Shown one piece after another: positions 60,512 to 64,000 of a stretch of 64,000 nucleotides of DNA; position 1 is the first letter of the stretch, and each line of letters begins with the position of its first letter. A program made the position numbers and the translations under genes. Origin of the DNA: Candidatus Poribacteria bacterium (lineage in GTDB: Bacteria; Poribacteria; WGA-4E; PCPOR2b); NCBI GenBank assembly GCA_965116925.1, contig OZ220744.1:6368001-6432000 (forward strand). Direction: 5' to 3'. The notes under the pieces are model-generated. The model worked only from the letters and a program-made list of their open reading frames with translations. It did not search any database and had not been told where the DNA came from.

Positions 60512-61915
60512 TCACTCCATGACAGCGTCACAATATTGCCGCAGATTCTCTTTACCGAGTTTCTCATAAACTGCTTCTCGCAGCCGATGTTGTTCCAATC
60601 CTGAGTCTTCTTTCAATAATCGTTCTACTTCTTCTGTTCCTCTAAGTTCAAGCGGTAACGATTCCGCATTCAACTGACGCAGAACGACCCGTGCACCGAG
60701 TGCCGCTGCTTCTCGGATAGACATGGCATCGGTCTTATCCACCGTGTCAAACGCCGTGTGTCCAAAACCCCTGCCGGGCGGACGACCAACCGTCGTGATA
60801 CTACCGGTCGGGAGCCCCTTGAGGAAATAGGGGTAGTGATCGGAGTAGCAACTGATGCCACCCCCAACGGAGATGTCTTGCCCCATCTCTTCGGCTGCGT
60901 TTTCGATGAAAGGTTCAAAATCCGGTAACCGGTGCAGCTGAATCCCTTTTCGTCCGCCGGGATTGCCGGCAGAATCCAGGTTCCAAACAAAGCGGACATG
61001 GGTCGGATTGTCGCCTAACCCCTGGGCATCATGATACGCACCGAATAACCCGACTTCCTCATTGCTCCAAGCGATAAATCGCACAGTGCGGGCTAATCCA
61101 TCCCTTGCGTGAGCCGACAACACACGCGCCATCTCTGTAACGACTACCATTCCACTGAGCGGATCGTTAGCCCCCTGCGTGATGTCGTGTCCATCGTAAT
61201 GACAGCCAACAATAATGACCTCTTCGGGATGTGTTTTGCCGTGAAGTTCCCCTACGATGTTCCACGCGGTTGTGGGTCGATATTCATCGGTGGTCTTAAT
61301 CCTCACACGCACTGCTCCATTTTGCTGAGACAGACGGTGAAGAAATTCCCCAGTCTCATAGGAGATCCCGATGCCGGGGATAACGGCTTCGTGATTCCAG
61401 CCAACGGTGCCGGTAACCTCGCCATAGCCGGGGTAGTGGTTTTGAAAGATGAATCCGTTTGCGTCGTATAAGATGGAGCGATCGTACTTTTCCATACGGT
61501 GGATTCCACCGCTCCGAGAAATGACAATACTATCTGCCAGACGGTCTTTCTCTTTCTCGAAATCTTTCTCAACTCCTTCATCGACGAAAACGAGATTTCC
61601 CTCCACCTCTGCAGCTGGACAGTAAGGCAGCGAGATGCACGGCACTTCGCGTGCTATCGGACTGAGAACCTCCAAGGTTGCTTCTCCACGATACCACCCA
61701 TCATAGTCGTAGGCATCTTTATGGACGTTAGCCAGTCCATAGGCAGCAAATTTCTCCTCCAGCAGATCCGCGGCAAGGGCTGCGCCTTCCGTCCCACCGA
61801 ATCGCGATCCAAATTCATCACAGAGCGTCGTCAGCAATGCCATGGGTTCAGTTGAGGTGTATATATCCCCAACAATTTTCTGATCTAGTTCGAGATAAGG
61901 ATTGGTTGTTGACAT
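60512..61915 (-). CDS. M28 family metallopeptidase with PA domain
   Basis: HYD, GAND, EEVGL.G, NLD, SDH.P, HT..DT.DK. Confidence 0.88.
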   Translation of the reverse strand: MSTTNPYLELDQKIVGDIYTSTEPMALLTTLCDEFGSRFGGTEGAALAADLLEEKFAAYGLANVHKDAYDYDGWYRGEATLEVLSPIAREVPCISLPYCPAAEVEGNLVFVDEGVEKDFEKEKDRLADSIVISRSGGIHRMEKYDRSILYDANGFIFQNHYPGYGEVTGTVGWNHEAVIPGIGISYETGEFLHRLSQQNGAVRVRIKTTDEYRPTTAWNIVGELHGKTHPEEVIIVGCHYDGHDITQGANDPLSGMVVVTEMARVLSAHARDGLARTVRFIAWSNEEVGLFGAYHDAQGLGDNPTHVRFVWNLDSAGNPGGRKGIQLHRLPDFEPFIENAAEEMGQDISVGGGISCYSDHYPYFLKGLPTGSITTVGRPPGRGFGHTAFDTVDKTDAMSIREAAALGARVVLRQLNAESLPLELRGTEEVERLLKEDSGLEQHRLREAVYEKLGKENLRQYCDAVME

Positions 61916-62169
61916 ATTGTCTTTTCTCCTTTGAACGAAACCGCAGAGGCACAGAGGACACAGAGAAGAAATAGAGGAAGCGAGAGGGTGAGTATTGGAG
62001 GGAGCGAGTATCTTTCACACCTCTACGTATCCTCGCCTCTTCCGATAAATCGAGATCCTTCCCGATTGCATCGGAACAGGCGGAACGAGACACACTACTT
62101 TTCTAATAAAACTCTGCGTTCTCCGCGTCTCTGCGGTAGAAAAGATAGCAATCAAGGTGACTCAGTTTC

Positions 62170-62937
62170 TCAATTCACCTCTGGCATTGACTCTACCTCG
62201 CCGGAGGTGTCTCGCTGCATCGTCGGTCTGATGACCACTGAAGGGAGGTTAGTCCGTTGTGGTAGACTCGCCATGAGGCAGATTGTTGCCGAGGTTTCGT
62301 CGACATCCACCATCTCCGGACGTGTCTCATCGGGAGGGGGAATGGGACGTTTATCGAGGATGGGAGTGTCAACTTCACCGGGAATAATGACACTCGCCCG
62401 AATACCGGTGTTCCGAAGATCGACATTGAGAAATTCCGTGAAATTGATAACCGCTGCCTTGGCGGGACCGTACGCTAATCCGCTAAAAGGTCCGGGTGTT
62501 ACGCCAGCTAGGGAAGAAACATTGATAATAGTTCCCTGCTTTGCCTTCAGCATAGCTGGAACTACTGCCTGTGTGCAGTAAATTGTGCCAATCAAGTTGG
62601 AATCAAAGACGCTGCGTATCTCCTCCGGTGTAATGGTCAGCAGCCTCCGATTTTTGGAACTGTGACCGGCGTTGTTCACCAGCACGTCAATGCGACCATA
62701 GGTGCCGAACACATCTTTTGCCATCTGGTGGACGGCGGCGTGGTCAACGACATCCAGAGCGATAGCTAGGGCTGTGCCGCCATCGGCGATAATCTCATCT
62801 CTGACTGCTTCAACTTTTGACGCTGTCCTACCGATCAGCACCACTTTGGCTCCCTGCTGCGCCATCGTTATCCCCGCACCGCGCCCGATACCACTGCCAC
62901 CGCCGGTGATGATACAAACTTTGTCTTGTAAACTCAT
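62170..62937 (-). CDS. SDR family oxidoreductase
   Basis: TGGGSGIG, NNAG, YGPAK. Confidence 0.92.
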   Translation of the reverse strand: MSLQDKVCIITGGGSGIGRGAGITMAQQGAKVVLIGRTASKVEAVRDEIIADGGTALAIALDVVDHAAVHQMAKDVFGTYGRIDVLVNNAGHSSKNRRLLTITPEEIRSVFDSNLIGTIYCTQAVVPAMLKAKQGTIINVSSLAGVTPGPFSGLAYGPAKAAVINFTEFLNVDLRNTGIRASVIIPGEVDTPILDKRPIPPPDETRPEMVDVDETSATICLMASLPQRTNLPSVVIRPTMQRDTSGEVESMPEVN

Positions 62938-63099
62938 CTGTCACCTCATGATTAATTGAATAGTTAGAAGTATAATTAAGGTGAGAAGATATCCGCCTTT
63001 TCTCACGTATCACGCATCACGTTTCACGCATTCAATGAACTAGTGAATTAATGAACCTCTGAGCCAATCACCTTTGACGAATCACAGAGATGTTGCATG

Positions 63100-64000
63100 C
63101 TATTTATCTATTCCTAACAGATCGAAGATAAACGCATACTCAAAAGCGATCTCTCTCAAATAGTCGTACCTTCCCGACGGTCCACCATGGCCCGCGCCCA
63201 TCTCAGTTTTGAGAAGCAGCTGCTTATCCCCCGTTTTCGATGCGCGTAACTTCGCTGTCCATTTGGCAGGTTCCCAATAATGGACCCGTGGGTCGTTGAG
63301 TCCTGCTGTCACCAAGATATGCGGGTACTCTTTCGTCCCGATATTGTCATAGGGGGAATACGATTTGATATAATCGTAAAACTCTTTCTCGTTGGGGTTG
63401 CCCCATTCGTCGTATTCGATGACCGTTAGGGGGATAGAGGCGTCGAGCATGGTGTTGACGACATCAACGAAAGGCACTTTTGCGATAACAATCTCAAAAA
63501 GTTCTGGGCGCATATTTGTGACTGTGCCCATAAGCAACCCACCCGCGCTGCCACCTTGAATAACTAGCTTGTCGCTTGCAGTATATTTCTCAGCGATTAG
63601 GTGTTCGGCACAGGCGATAAAATCGGTAAAAGTATTCTTTTTTTGGAGGAGTTTGCCATTCTCATACCAAGGCCGTCCCATCTCTTCGCCGCCCCGGATG
63701 TGAGCGATGGCGTATATGAATCCTCGGTCTAATAGGCTCAATCGGTTTGATGAAAAATACGGTTCGCTGTTGATGCCGTAAGACCCGTATCCGTATAAGA
63801 GCAGCGGATTCCCTCCATCTTTGACCAGCCCTTTTTTGTAAACCAGCGAAATCGGGATAGACGTACCATCGGAGGCTTTGGCAAAAATTCGTTCCGATCT
63901 GTAAAGGGAGGGATCGTATCCACCAAGAACTTCGTCCTGCTTCTTCAGTTCGCGGGTTCTGGCGTCCATCTCGTAATCAAAGACTGACATCGGGGTAACG
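63100..64000 (-). CDS. ptrB: Oligopeptidase B (S9A), 5' end outside the window
   Basis: YGYGSYG, GGSAGG, EYDEWGNP, DPRV.YWEPAKW, GHGG. Confidence 0.92.
   Translation of the reverse strand, partial: VTPMSVFDYEMDARTRELKKQDEVLGGYDPSLYRSERIFAKASDGTSIPISLVYKKGLVKDGGNPLLLYGYGSYGINSEPYFSSNRLSLLDRGFIYAIAHIRGGEEMGRPWYENGKLLQKKNTFTDFIACAEHLIAEKYTASDKLVIQGGSAGGLLMGTVTNMRPELFEIVIAKVPFVDVVNTMLDASIPLTVIEYDEWGNPNEKEFYDYIKSYSPYDNIGTKEYPHILVTAGLNDPRVHYWEPAKWTAKLRASKTGDKQLLLKTEMGAGHGGPSGRYDYLREIAFEYAFIFDLLGIDK

Noticed and set aside
61931..62581. 216-aa plus-strand ORF
   Set aside because: Antisense to the SDR gene and begins in simple repeats

Overview
Bacterial chromosomal window of moderate GC. The gene mix (five PhyH dioxygenases, sulfatase, sialidase, HEAT-repeat protein, Rpn protein, dense intergenic repeats) resembles Candidatus Poribacteria-type symbionts; that taxonomy is inference only. 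Core content: hrcA-grpE-dnaK-dnaJ-prmA with a perfect CIRCE, a 2-oxoacid:ferredoxin oxidoreductase pair, pyk, rpiA, zwf-ppgK, prs, trpF, sppA, three ABC exporters and several hydrolases. Main points of interest: (1) an AT-rich, translationally coupled three-gene island at 54780-58808, encoding an RNAP alphaCTD+sigma4 fusion, a wHTH protein and a MORC-like GHKL ATPase, next to a truncated MNT-HEPN toxin-antitoxin pair; this is the best candidate for an undescribed defence system; (2) an ISAs1 composite-transposon-like unit at 29730-34341 with a perfect 10-bp flanking duplication and an internal 40-bp direct repeat, carrying ino1; (3) a sigma54 promoter with three enhancer-like palindromes ahead of an operon whose ABC exporter has a duplicated extracytoplasmic insert; (4) at least four MITE families carrying interchangeable REP-like palindromes. 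No rRNA, tRNA, CRISPR array or reverse transcriptase was recognised. All calls are by eye; no searches were run.
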